Positions 1 through 9,605 of a stretch of 64,000 bases of DNA are shown here, in pieces. Below the pieces are notes generated by a model. The model had not been told where the DNA came from, did no database searches, and was given only the letters and a program-made list of their open reading frames with translations. The stretch covers positions 4,160,001-4,224,000 of the forward strand of contig OZ241863.1 of assembly GCA_965203055.1 (NCBI GenBank), given 5' to 3'. Position numbers and translations under genes: made by a program. The DNA comes from Spirochaetia bacterium (GTDB taxonomy: Bacteria > Spirochaetota > Spirochaetia > SZUA-6 > Bin103). The first letter of the stretch is position 1. The number at the start of each line of letters is the position of its first letter.

Positions 1-1836
1 GTCCGCCGCGAGACCGATCACGGCGCCGCCGTCGTCAACGCCGATCAGCAGGGTACCGCCTTTGGTGTTGAGGAAGCCGGCCAGCGTCTTCATGACCACC
101 TTTTCGAGCAGCTTGTTGGTCTTGCTCTCACGCAGATCCCAGCGGAGACTCGACTTGAACTCAACCCTGTCGCTCTCGCCCCCGTCGATCAGGCGGCGGA
201 CCGTCTGTTCGTCGATGCCGTCCGGCTCCTCGGTGACCCAACCGGCAATGAACTCGTTCATCGCTTGCGCCAGGAGACGCCTGCGATTGGCGAGGAAGTC
301 CCGGTAATGCTCCGGCTTCCAGAGACGTTGGTCCATCGGCACCGACTGCGCCCGCAGCGCTCCCGGCTGGTATTTCTCGATAGTCGGCAGGTATTCGGCC
401 GGCGAGGAACGGCGGACATCGAGACTGGCTCGCTGCGTCAGAACTACGCGGTTCGCCACCTCATTGATGATCTTGCGATCGCGCACGCTGTCGAATCCGG
501 CGCTCTTCAGCACCGCCCGACCGAATATGTAGTGGCGTTCGGGTTTGGGTCCGACCTCGCGCCCTTCGGCCTTGTCGTAGATGCGGATGCCGGTAAACCA
601 GTCCCTGGCGTCGCGGGCGCGGGCGGCGATGCGGCTCAGGCGTCCGACCGCCGAAGCGGTACCGTGCTCGGCCAGATCGGGCGCTTCCAGGATGAGGCGC
701 CCGCGCTCCCGCAGAATCGCTTCTTCAAGCTCATGGGTGGGATCGAGATCGCGTCCGGTCACCAGCGCGACGTCCTGTTGGAGCTTGGTCAAGGCGGCGC
801 CCGAATAGCGCGCCCAGAGCCCCGCAAGATTGAGCCAGCGAATGAAGCGGCGCTTGATGGCGTCGGTCGGAAAGTGCCCGCCGCGGCGCGCGAGATAGAT
901 GGTGGCCGGAATCAGCACGTAGTGCGTCTGCAGGTCGTTGAGCTCGCCGATGAATGCTTCGTGGCGCAGGACGCTCACCAGGTGCTCGAACGCGGGCTTC
1001 ATCTGGCCCCATGCCGCCTGCAGCGCTTCAGCCGGCGTCCGGGTGAACGAACCTTCGAGCAGCACCGAGCCGGTGGCCAATCCCGCCAGGCAGCGCACCA
1101 GGAAGCCGAAGTCCATGCCGAATCCGGCGGCGGCCATCCGCTTGTGGAAGGCGCGCATCTCCTCCCGCGCCTCCGGCCAGATGCTGCACACGTGGGCCAG
1201 AGCAAGATCGGCCGAGGTGAGCGAGGTCCCGGCGCTGTTGACCCGATTGAAGATCTCCACCACCTGTTCGGGGCTGACGTCGTCGCCGGAGACCTGATCG
1301 ACCGTGTAGGTATAGCCGCCGATCTGACTGAGCCTGCTCAGGCGGCCCAGATTGCCAAGAATGACCCGGCGGCGGCCGTCATCGAGCTGGTCGCCGCGTT
1401 CGAGCAGAGACTCCAGCCCCTCGCTCAGAAACTCGTGGACGCCGATCCACGCCGGATTGTGCTCCATGCGCGACTTCTGCCAGAAGCGGAACTCCTCGGT
1501 CTGGGCATTGAAGTAGAGATCGAAGAACAGCGATTCTCCTTCGTAGAATCGGGGCGCTTCGCCCTTGAACAGCACGTAGAGCGTGGTCAGGCGTTGCTGT
1601 CCGTCGAGCAGCAGCAGGGAGTGGCCGTCGCGCGCCGTCTCGCCGTCGCGTACCGCCGCCGGCTTGTAGGTGCGCCAGATCAGCAGATGGCCGGTCGGAT
1701 GCTTTCGATAGAGCGACTGGACCAGCCCGCGCACCTGATCGCGGTTCCAGACGTAGCCGCGCTGGAACTCCGGCAGCAGAATCTCACCGCGACCGATCTG
1801 ATCCAGCAGTTCGCGGATCGACTTCACTTCATGCAT
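1..1836 (-). CDS. DUF262 (GmrSD-like) protein with degenerate HNH-like region and C-terminal Schlafen/AlbA_2 domain; 3' end beyond window
   Basis: Not in the ORF track (no stop in window). Hand translation from ATG 1836: MHEVKSIRELLDQIGRGEILLPEFQRGYVW...LLLDGQQRLTTLY (DUF262 motifs); ERHYIFGR...INEVANRVVL; GESDRVEFKSSLRWD...AGFLNTKGGTLLIGVDD (AlbA_2). Confidence 0.85.
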   Translation of the reverse strand, partial: MHEVKSIRELLDQIGRGEILLPEFQRGYVWNRDQVRGLVQSLYRKHPTGHLLIWRTYKPAAVRDGETARDGHSLLLLDGQQRLTTLYVLFKGEAPRFYEGESLFFDLYFNAQTEEFRFWQKSRMEHNPAWIGVHEFLSEGLESLLERGDQLDDGRRRVILGNLGRLSRLSQIGGYTYTVDQVSGDDVSPEQVVEIFNRVNSAGTSLTSADLALAHVCSIWPEAREEMRAFHKRMAAAGFGMDFGFLVRCLAGLATGSVLLEGSFTRTPAEALQAAWGQMKPAFEHLVSVLRHEAFIGELNDLQTHYVLIPATIYLARRGGHFPTDAIKRRFIRWLNLAGLWARYSGAALTKLQQDVALVTGRDLDPTHELEEAILRERGRLILEAPDLAEHGTASAVGRLSRIAARARDARDWFTGIRIYDKAEGREVGPKPERHYIFGRAVLKSAGFDSVRDRKIINEVANRVVLTQRASLDVRRSSPAEYLPTIEKYQPGALRAQSVPMDQRLWKPEHYRDFLANRRRLLAQAMNEFIAGWVTEEPDGIDEQTVRRLIDGGESDRVEFKSSLRWDLRESKTNKLLEKVVMKTLAGFLNTKGGTLLIGVDDGGAVIGLAAD

Positions 1837-1845
1837 GCGCGCATC

Positions 1846-4791
1846 CTACCTTGACCTTGGGGCGGCCAACAGCATGGCGTCGAGCAGGCGCTTCTCGCGG
1901 GCGCCGCGCGGGTAGAGCGCCGACAGGGCGTTGGCCAGGCGCAGGAAGTCGGGGCCGCGCTCGTGCTCGGCCTTGAGCAGCGCGCGCAACGCGTTGGCGT
2001 GGCCGTTCGCCTGCAGCAGCATGGCGGCGTGCACGCGGTCGAGCGTGGTGGCCGCCACCGCCCGCAGCTCGACGTCGCCGTCCAGGATGCCCGCCCGGCG
2101 GCGCTTGCGGCCGCCGGCCCGGGGCGCGCGGTCCCACTCCGGGAACAGCGAGCGCTGCAGGCCGGCGGCCGGGTCGGCCTCGATCCAGTCGGCGGCGGCC
2201 CCGGCGCCGGCGTCGCCCAACAGGTCCTTGGCGCGCTCGGCCACCGGCAGCAGCCGCACCGTGCCCTTGGCCTGGGCGATGACGCGGCCGGTCCAGCGCC
2301 CCAGGTCGATGCCCATCGGCTGCGCGAAGCGGCGCACCACGTCGAACGGCAGGTTGAGGCTTTGGGCGCCCGCGTCTTCCTCGTCTCCCTCGTCGTCGCC
2401 CGCGCCGCGGCCATCGCCGCTGGCGTCGGTGGTCTGCAGCGTCCAGAGGAACAGCGCCGTGAGGCGCGCGTCTTCTTCCAGCGCGCCGGTCATGCCGTTG
2501 CGGGCGCGGGCTTCGGCGGCGCCGAGGACGGTTTCGAGGGCGGCGCGGCCGACCACCTCCCACACCTTTTCCAGGTACTCCGGCAGGCTGACCGTGCGCC
2601 CGGCGGCGGTCTCGACCGCGCGGTAGCGGCTGTAGAGTTCGAGCGCCGGGCCGATGCAGGCGAACACAAGGTCGGCGCCGCGCACGCCCTCGCCCTGCAG
2701 GCGCGCCATCCACTCGGCGACGCGCACCGGCAGCGCGCTCAGCACGTCGGCCCAATCGCCGACCGGCGCGTTGGCCGGCCGCGGCCGGCAGATCAGGTGA
2801 ATGCTGGTGGCCAGCGCGGCGGAATCGCGCGCCCTGAGGCGGTGGGCCTGCTCGGTCGCCACGGGCCAAGAACCAGTAATAGTCCATCCGCCGCGTGTAA
2901 TCCCGGCCAAAAGCGCTTCCCAACCTTCAGTGGTCTTGTGAGCAAAGACAACAGATGCAACGCCGTCTTCTCGTGTCACCCGCTTCCCCTCAGAGAATGC
3001 TTGCGCCATCGCGCTTTCAAAGAACTTTCTATCCTTGATACGTCCGTCGGCGGTCTTTGTTTCGTCATGAACCGCTTCTAAATGCTTTGGCGTCAGTCTG
3101 TTACTGGCATCGAACGGATCGCGGTGAATGTGTTCTGGAATAATGCGGCGATACCAAGTGAAGAAAAAATCGGAGAGATCAGAATACGGGATAGCGTCAT
3201 AGTAGGGAGGATCCGTGAACCACACAGCGGCTGCTTCGGTGGGCAGCGGTGATTGCTGTGCGGCGGCGAGTTCGGACTGCCCAACCAAGGGAATCCTTGT
3301 CACAGACGTAATTCCACTCGCGAGATTTTCTACACAAGTCCCGAAGCCACCGCTTGCCTGTGACGTGGCGACACCTTCAGCATAGTCCCATGCAGGCTTC
3401 AGGCGACCATTTGACATTACATTTCGAGGGCACTCTGCTATAGGTTCCCAGGGACAGACTGCGTTTGCCAAATCCGCGAGTTTGCCTATCGATAGTGATA
3501 GCGGTCGATTTAGTCGCTCTGCGATACGCATACTATTCCCAAGCGTGACTAGCGCCATCTTCTGCCTAGCGGAGAAGAGGTCGGCCCAGCGGAGCATGCC
3601 GTAGCGCTGCACGCGGAATCCCAGCGTGCCGATCGGCGGCAGCGGTTCGTCCGGCACTGGGCACAGTCCCTGCTTGCCGCCGCGCTCCCACTCGCCCAGC
3701 AGCGCCGCCAGCCGCTCCTGCGCCCGCCGCACTGCCGTGTAGTCCGCTTCCTCCGCCAACCGGTAGTGCCTCCCCGGCGCATCCGCCCGCAGCGTCACCA
3801 CCGCCGTCAGACGCGCGCCGCCCGTCCGCCGGCCCTCCGCGTCGAACACTGCATCGGCGCCTCCGCGCTGCGCCGCAAGCTGCGCCCGCACCCGCTCCGG
3901 CGCCAGCACCGCGCCGCAGCACAGGCACGCCGCCCGCGCCCGGGCCACCGTACCGCCCGGCACCTCCCCGTCCGCCGCCGGCGTGAACACCTCGAACCGC
4001 ACCACCGGCGGCCCCTCCGGCCGGCGCTCCACCCGATAGCGCAGCGCCCGCTTGCGCTTCGGCTTGCGGCACAGCCAGAACGAGCGCAGCAGCGGCAGCT
4101 CCGCCCCGCACTGCGGCGCCTCGCAACGCACCGTGCGCGCCCACAGGTAGGCGATCGGCGTGGCTCCGTCGGGGTCGGCCGGGTACATGTCGGCCAACTC
4201 CCGCGCCGCCGCGGCCCGTATCTCGCCGCTGGCCCGGCGCAGTTCGGCCGCCAGCCCGGGACCGTGCCGAGGGATATCCTCCAGCATCACCTTGAGGATC
4301 AGGCAGGCCACCGGGTTCAGGTCGCTGGCGAACGCCTCGCAGCCGAGCCGCAGCGCCTCCAGCGGGATCGAACCGCCGCCGGCGAACGGATCGACCACCA
4401 ACGGCGCCTCCTCGCCATGCGCGGCCCGCACCAGCTCGCGGCCGACGCGCAGATAGGTCGGGTGGGCCGCCAGGTCCCAGTTGGCGAACGCGCCGATGAA
4501 CCACAGCAGCGCGGCGCGCAGCTCGGCGTCATCCGCCGGCGGCTGCCGCACCGCGCCCAGGATGGCGCGCGCCTGCCGCTTGAAGGCGTCAGGGCAGTGC
4601 GGGTCGAGCGGATCGGGCAGCAGCAGGGCCAGCAGCACGGCGCGCGACGAGGCGAGCGGGCGCCGCGCCCACCAGAGATGGAGCGTGGACGGATGCCCGT
4701 GGCGGATCGACTTCTCCCGCGCCGCGTGCCGGGACACCTCGGCGATCGGAAAGTCGACCTCGGCCAGCCGCCGGCACGCTCGGGGAATCAC
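1846..4791 (-). CDS. DUF1156 domain adenine DNA methyltransferase
   Basis: LHLWWARRPLASSRA, DPFAGGGSIPLEA, a CxxC pair insert and FTDPPYY. Confidence 0.9.
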   Translation of the reverse strand: MIPRACRRLAEVDFPIAEVSRHAAREKSIRHGHPSTLHLWWARRPLASSRAVLLALLLPDPLDPHCPDAFKRQARAILGAVRQPPADDAELRAALLWFIGAFANWDLAAHPTYLRVGRELVRAAHGEEAPLVVDPFAGGGSIPLEALRLGCEAFASDLNPVACLILKVMLEDIPRHGPGLAAELRRASGEIRAAAARELADMYPADPDGATPIAYLWARTVRCEAPQCGAELPLLRSFWLCRKPKRKRALRYRVERRPEGPPVVRFEVFTPAADGEVPGGTVARARAACLCCGAVLAPERVRAQLAAQRGGADAVFDAEGRRTGGARLTAVVTLRADAPGRHYRLAEEADYTAVRRAQERLAALLGEWERGGKQGLCPVPDEPLPPIGTLGFRVQRYGMLRWADLFSARQKMALVTLGNSMRIAERLNRPLSLSIGKLADLANAVCPWEPIAECPRNVMSNGRLKPAWDYAEGVATSQASGGFGTCVENLASGITSVTRIPLVGQSELAAAQQSPLPTEAAAVWFTDPPYYDAIPYSDLSDFFFTWYRRIIPEHIHRDPFDASNRLTPKHLEAVHDETKTADGRIKDRKFFESAMAQAFSEGKRVTREDGVASVVFAHKTTEGWEALLAGITRGGWTITGSWPVATEQAHRLRARDSAALATSIHLICRPRPANAPVGDWADVLSALPVRVAEWMARLQGEGVRGADLVFACIGPALELYSRYRAVETAAGRTVSLPEYLEKVWEVVGRAALETVLGAAEARARNGMTGALEEDARLTALFLWTLQTTDASGDGRGAGDDEGDEEDAGAQSLNLPFDVVRRFAQPMGIDLGRWTGRVIAQAKGTVRLLPVAERAKDLLGDAGAGAAADWIEADPAAGLQRSLFPEWDRAPRAGGRKRRRAGILDGDVELRAVAATTLDRVHAAMLLQANGHANALRALLKAEHERGPDFLRLANALSALYPRGAREKRLLDAMLLAAPRSR

Positions 4792-4806
4792 GATAGAATA
4801 CGCCGC

Positions 4807-5892
4807 TCAACCAACGGATTGATCGCTAACCAGACGGCCGATCTCACCAACAGGAAGATCGACGGAATATAACCGGCGAACACCCGAAGTATACCTGTCC
4901 GGCTGAGTGAACTTGCGGGGTGTAGGGTATACGATCTGAACGTCATAGAGCACCGCTCGAAGTATCCCGACCGCCACGGCTTGCATCTTGCTGCCTGTAG
5001 GAGCAACCAAAATCCTATCAAACATGCTCCTATCCCTGTATATGTCAAGCAACACCTTCAACGTGTCCGTGTAATCGAGTGTGCTTGACTCAAAATACCC
5101 ATGACTACCTACAAAAGCGGATATTATCGACCTGTTCAGCCTCTGAATAGCCTCCTTACGCCATCTGTTCACTAAGGCAGGCCGTATGCCGTAAACGAGA
5201 TCAGTATAGGTAGGCTGCAACTCTTCAACCAAATTCTTGAGTTGAATAGGATCGAACGATGGAAATGCAACCAATCTGATTTCCGCACCTAGCATTGCAA
5301 CTGACGAAAGCGCGGCGTCAGTCGCGACTTCGAAAATACCAGACGACATATAGCTTAGCGAGGTAACACTACCCGTCCTAAAGCTACTGTGCAGGTCATT
5401 CTCAACCTGATCCTCAGTAGGAGAATAGGCTCTCGCTTCGGAGTAAAGTAACACCATCGGTATTGGTTGTCTATGAGTGGTACCAAGTAACGCTACAATA
5501 ATTTGAACGATGAGAAGCCGCGACATGCCGGATATATCAACAAATACCCGATCAAATCCACCTATCAAGTTCGCAACTTCACTTCCGATCCCTGATGGAT
5601 TTTCACGGTCATAGACAACATCCATAGTCCCTATATCGCACCTCTGACAAATCTCGCGAATATCATCATCAAGATTCTCAGGATAGTACGGCCGATAGGT
5701 AATAAGAATGAGTTTAAAGTCATGGAATCCATGGTGGCAAACCCGCCGCAATGCCTCAACGGACCGATCCTCAAAGCCGGCACACACAATAAGGCAGTCC
5801 CCACCATGAACTGGCGGAAAATCAATAGCCCGTGGCTCGGGCCATTGGATATTTCCTAGCTGCTCGTCTAACCTTAATAGCTCAATCACCAT
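4807..5892 (-). CDS. Hypothetical protein with two tandem Rossmann-like (CARF/DUF6293-like) repeats
   Basis: 361-aa low-GC ORF. Repeat 1: LIVCAGFEDRS...VFVDISGMSRLL...LLYSEA. Repeat 2: LVAFPSFDPIQ...ILVAPTGSKMQAVA...IVYPTP. The fold call is an inference. Confidence 0.6.
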   Translation of the reverse strand: MVIELLRLDEQLGNIQWPEPRAIDFPPVHGGDCLIVCAGFEDRSVEALRRVCHHGFHDFKLILITYRPYYPENLDDDIREICQRCDIGTMDVVYDRENPSGIGSEVANLIGGFDRVFVDISGMSRLLIVQIIVALLGTTHRQPIPMVLLYSEARAYSPTEDQVENDLHSSFRTGSVTSLSYMSSGIFEVATDAALSSVAMLGAEIRLVAFPSFDPIQLKNLVEELQPTYTDLVYGIRPALVNRWRKEAIQRLNRSIISAFVGSHGYFESSTLDYTDTLKVLLDIYRDRSMFDRILVAPTGSKMQAVAVGILRAVLYDVQIVYPTPRKFTQPDRYTSGVRRLYSVDLPVGEIGRLVSDQSVG

Positions 5893-5901
5893 ACGACCCG
5901 A

Positions 5902-8391
5902 TCATAAAGGTAAAACCTTCTGCTTTCCGTCGCTAGAACTAGAGTCGTCTTCAGACTGTGACCTAATCCTCATACTACTCTCAAACTCCGTTGGAAAACG
6001 CAACATCTTTTCAAGCTGATAACCCTCCAACTGTATCGAATCTCGTCGGCTAAAAGTAAGAAGAAAGTGGGGAATGAGATACCTTCTAAGGTAATAGCGG
6101 GGCACGGCTTTACCACGCCTACTCTTTCCACGTGGATCTTCAATAAACACTGAGTAGCGCAGTAATTCATGAAGAACTTCGCTAGCCTCGTCGGACAGTC
6201 GCAACTCGTCATATGGCTCGATTCGTGACGCTTGGTGGGGTGGAGTCGAATTTCTATTCTTCGACTTTTTGTGTAAAAGATAGGAATGAGCGACGTTCCC
6301 AAAAGCTGTGATAATATCTGCCAAATGCGGGCCTCTCCCAGGCAACGTACGTATGGACTCCACAAACTCCCCAGCAGCAGCACGTATCGACGCGTTCTGA
6401 GTGCGGACTGGTATTCGAGGGGCGCTAATCGATTTCGCAAGCGCGGTCTCGCCACCGTAGTCTTCGACCATCTTACTAACAAGGCGAATGATATAGTGAA
6501 TATCGCCGCTACACATTGCCGAGATAGTCTCACAGCCAGCAAAGTAGGGTCGTTCCCTGCCAGACTTGTTGTCCACGATAATGCGGCGAGCAATGGCGCT
6601 CTTACTCCCCGTATCATTGCCTAGAAGGTCACGCAAATTGAGAACGGGGTAATGCTCCACTTCACGGAATCTACGGCTGAATAGGTCCTCTATGAACTCC
6701 TGCCTCTTTTTGGATGCGTCTGTAAGATACCGTAGGCCGAGATTCAAAAGCTCGAATTCTCTGGACTCGACATATTTCTTACCGTCAATGTCTTGCCGAG
6801 AAAACGACACTGGACTCTCGGTGGATATTTTGAAGAATACGTCGGCACTACGATACATCAAAAGTCGATTGAGGTTTGCCTGTAATTCGCCGGTAATTTT
6901 TGGCTCCGAGTAATCGTCGATAAAGAAGTAGATCGGTCTGTCTTCCAAAAAAGAAAGGCAATGTCTGACTATCTCGCAGGCCCGTATCAAGTGGCTCGGC
7001 TCAAATAACGGACGGTCTATACGCATGGTACGGCGCATACGCACAGCGCTCTGCCTTTCTCGGCTCTTTAGTCGTCCAATCAACGCCGATAGCGTATCTC
7101 CGCCGGGATGCCTGGACGGCGTCAATTCAAAAAGACTCCATAACTCAGCAGCAAGCCGACGCTGGCAATTTGTAAACTCGTCTTGAAAATACCGCTGAGC
7201 CCAGGCCAAGATGTCCTCAAGCATTGTTGCGACCAAGGTGGCGACCAAATAGTGCATTGGAATGTCAAATCCGTCGGTTCTATCAGGGAGCCTATAGCGT
7301 GGAAACGCGAAATAGAGATCGTCACATCGATAATATATGCCGACAAATCGTATGTCGTGCGGGCGATCGTCTTGAATCGAAGTCAGATATTCGAGACTCA
7401 AAGCACGAAACACCGTCGTCTTGCCGCATCCCCTTGGTCCAGTCAAGACGAGATTTAAGCGAGCTCGGATTTCTGACAGTCCGAGTAGGCGGTCCGAATA
7501 CAGGCTCTTTAGCAACAAGTGGGAGTTTCCCATTTGCTCACAATTGGGATAATCAAAGGGCGTTACAAGCTTATGGTCTTTATTGACTCTAGTGTTCTCA
7601 CGATAGAGACTACCAATCGAACGGAGCTTACTAACGAGGGCCCGTGGATCGCCAGCTAGTCTATCCGCGGTTGGATCGGTCTCAATCAGATGCCTGCGTA
7701 GAAAATCGTCTCTTAGAACGTTGTATACGTAACGATCGCGGCCGTCACAGCTTCGATAGTCGACGCAATCAAGCAAGGCGCGAAGTGTCTCGGCAAGGAA
7801 TAGGTAGTCGCTTTGGTGTCTTGCTTTGCCGCTAAAGTAGTGGACACCGAAGTCCGTTACACGGAACATACTGCGGGCGTCTATATCGAATTCAGACTGG
7901 GCGACGAGTATGTTTCTGGCGTGAAGGTCGCCATGTGAGTATCGGCGCTGCTGGAGCTCATACAACAGACCGAGCATAGTTCCAAGGAATTGCTCGACAA
8001 AGCCAACGTCGACGGCCGACGAGTGCCTTTTCATATAGGTGCTCAAATCCATACCGTTAACGTAGTCGCATACGAATACCACACCTCGAAAATCAAAATC
8101 TATTGTCTGCTCGGTATACGAAAACACGTCGTGGTATCTGACCACGGCCTGATTCTCTAGCCCGTTGGCCTTTTTTGCTTCGGCCAAATATGCCTCTTGA
8201 TCGTTGCCGTCCTGCGGCAGGTTCTCAGCGGGAACGATTTTGAAGGCTAAGCTGCTTTCTGTTCGACGGTTGTAGGCACGAAACAGGTGGCCGTTGTTTC
8301 CGGAAGCAATGAGTTCCTGGATTACGTAATCAGGAAACCGAGGCATTGTCTTACCGAGGAAGTGGTCTGCATCTGGTAAGTGTTTCCTCAC
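5902..8391 (-). CDS. Protein kinase domain fused to ORC/CDC6-like P-loop ATPase
   Basis: Kinase: IASGNNGHLF, AFKIV, HGDLHARNILV, VTDFG. ATPase: Walker A GPRGCGKT, Walker B FFIDDY. The GTG start overlaps the stop of the upstream methyltransferase. Confidence 0.8.
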   Translation of the reverse strand: MRKHLPDADHFLGKTMPRFPDYVIQELIASGNNGHLFRAYNRRTESSLAFKIVPAENLPQDGNDQEAYLAEAKKANGLENQAVVRYHDVFSYTEQTIDFDFRGVVFVCDYVNGMDLSTYMKRHSSAVDVGFVEQFLGTMLGLLYELQQRRYSHGDLHARNILVAQSEFDIDARSMFRVTDFGVHYFSGKARHQSDYLFLAETLRALLDCVDYRSCDGRDRYVYNVLRDDFLRRHLIETDPTADRLAGDPRALVSKLRSIGSLYRENTRVNKDHKLVTPFDYPNCEQMGNSHLLLKSLYSDRLLGLSEIRARLNLVLTGPRGCGKTTVFRALSLEYLTSIQDDRPHDIRFVGIYYRCDDLYFAFPRYRLPDRTDGFDIPMHYLVATLVATMLEDILAWAQRYFQDEFTNCQRRLAAELWSLFELTPSRHPGGDTLSALIGRLKSRERQSAVRMRRTMRIDRPLFEPSHLIRACEIVRHCLSFLEDRPIYFFIDDYSEPKITGELQANLNRLLMYRSADVFFKISTESPVSFSRQDIDGKKYVESREFELLNLGLRYLTDASKKRQEFIEDLFSRRFREVEHYPVLNLRDLLGNDTGSKSAIARRIIVDNKSGRERPYFAGCETISAMCSGDIHYIIRLVSKMVEDYGGETALAKSISAPRIPVRTQNASIRAAAGEFVESIRTLPGRGPHLADIITAFGNVAHSYLLHKKSKNRNSTPPHQASRIEPYDELRLSDEASEVLHELLRYSVFIEDPRGKSRRGKAVPRYYLRRYLIPHFLLTFSRRDSIQLEGYQLEKMLRFPTEFESSMRIRSQSEDDSSSSDGKQKVLPL

Positions 8392-9605
8392 GCTGAACCA
8401 TTCCGGAAGACTAGTATATTCTCGTGTTTGACTCCGGAAATATGCCTGCGCGAACGTCGGATATCAGGTATCAAATCTTGCGTTATCGATCGAAGTTGAA
8501 ACCCCGGCGCTCGTACGGAAAATATTCGAATAAGTTCGTGAGATGGTGTACGCTCCTTGGATCGGGTAGTCCGGTCACCGACGACGAAGATGCAGTGGCC
8601 TCCCTTCTTTACTTTTTGGACCAACTGTGTTGCAAGAGCTTCGATTGCGCGCTTGAAGCCGTTGAGATTCTTAAGCATGCGGTCCGTTGATATACGTCGG
8701 TTGTCGCCAAGAAACCAAAGTCTTAGGCGATTGTCGCGCTCGTAGTCGAGCGCGTTCATATAGGGCGGGCTTGTGATGACGCAATCAATGTTGTCGGGGA
8801 GAGTTACGTTCTCTACGGTCGAACGGCGGATAGTACTAACGTAATCGCCTAGTGTGGTGCTGGGGGGACGCTTGAAGGCGCGGAGTACTTTTGCACGTAA
8901 TCTTGGTAATACGTCCCGATAGGCATAGAGATCGGAACATGTGTCGCGGGGAAATCGATTTGATCTGAGATACGGTACAAGATGACTGCTCGGGTACGAT
9001 AGAAAGCCAGGTCGTTGGTGATGTAGAATACCAAGTATGGAAGACAGTAGAAAGTAGCTTCGTTGTTCACGTAGTAGTGTAGATATACGAATAGTTTCTT
9101 GCAACGTAAGAGGATGAAAGAAATTCTGAACCCATCGTGGCACATCCGCAAGATCCGGCAACGGTAGAGATTTGGCTTGTGCTAAAAGATGATTCATCTC
9201 GGAGAGTGCCGTTTTTGCATTTTGTGGGGCATGGAGCTTCCCTTTGGTGAGGGTGACGGCATATGCGCTTGCGTCGGAAGCGAACACATTCCGTCCCAGA
9301 AGGGCGGCCTCAAGGGGTACCGTGCCGGAACCACAGAACATGTCTACCACTAGCTGGCCAGGCTCAGTATATGTTTCGATAAGGTCTCTAGCTATTGTAC
9401 TTTTAAGCTTACCGATATATGGGGACAACTGGTGTAGGGTACACTCTTGGTGAGTGCAAGGGGCAGACCAATGGGCCGGAGCAGGTTGGGGGGTGCCAAG
9501 TTCATTTAGTGGTAACTTATGAATGCTATGATGGTTGGTCGTTACGTCTGGCAGGGCGGATTTGCCAGACGCTGTCTGGCAAATCTCCGGTCGCGGGCCG
9601 ATCAT
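8388..9605 (-). CDS. DNA amino-methyltransferase (probably N4-cytosine)
   Basis: LHQLSPYIGK, motif I DMFCGSGT, motif IV ITSPPY. The ATG overlaps the stop of the upstream ORF. Confidence 0.85.
   Translation of the reverse strand: MIGPRPEICQTASGKSALPDVTTNHHSIHKLPLNELGTPQPAPAHWSAPCTHQECTLHQLSPYIGKLKSTIARDLIETYTEPGQLVVDMFCGSGTVPLEAALLGRNVFASDASAYAVTLTKGKLHAPQNAKTALSEMNHLLAQAKSLPLPDLADVPRWVQNFFHPLTLQETIRISTLLREQRSYFLLSSILGILHHQRPGFLSYPSSHLVPYLRSNRFPRDTCSDLYAYRDVLPRLRAKVLRAFKRPPSTTLGDYVSTIRRSTVENVTLPDNIDCVITSPPYMNALDYERDNRLRLWFLGDNRRISTDRMLKNLNGFKRAIEALATQLVQKVKKGGHCIFVVGDRTTRSKERTPSHELIRIFSVRAPGFQLRSITQDLIPDIRRSRRHISGVKHENILVFRNGSA

Noticed and set aside
265..1854. 529-aa plus-strand ORF and other long antisense ORFs (10767-14069, 19584-23138, 33666-36623, 46930-49446)
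   Set aside because: These are shadow frames of motif-bearing genes on the opposite strand, expected in high-GC DNA.
4830..4835. ccagac as the partner half-site at the far end of the low-GC cassette
   Set aside because: Only a 6-bp match, inside a coding region; not distinguishable from chance.
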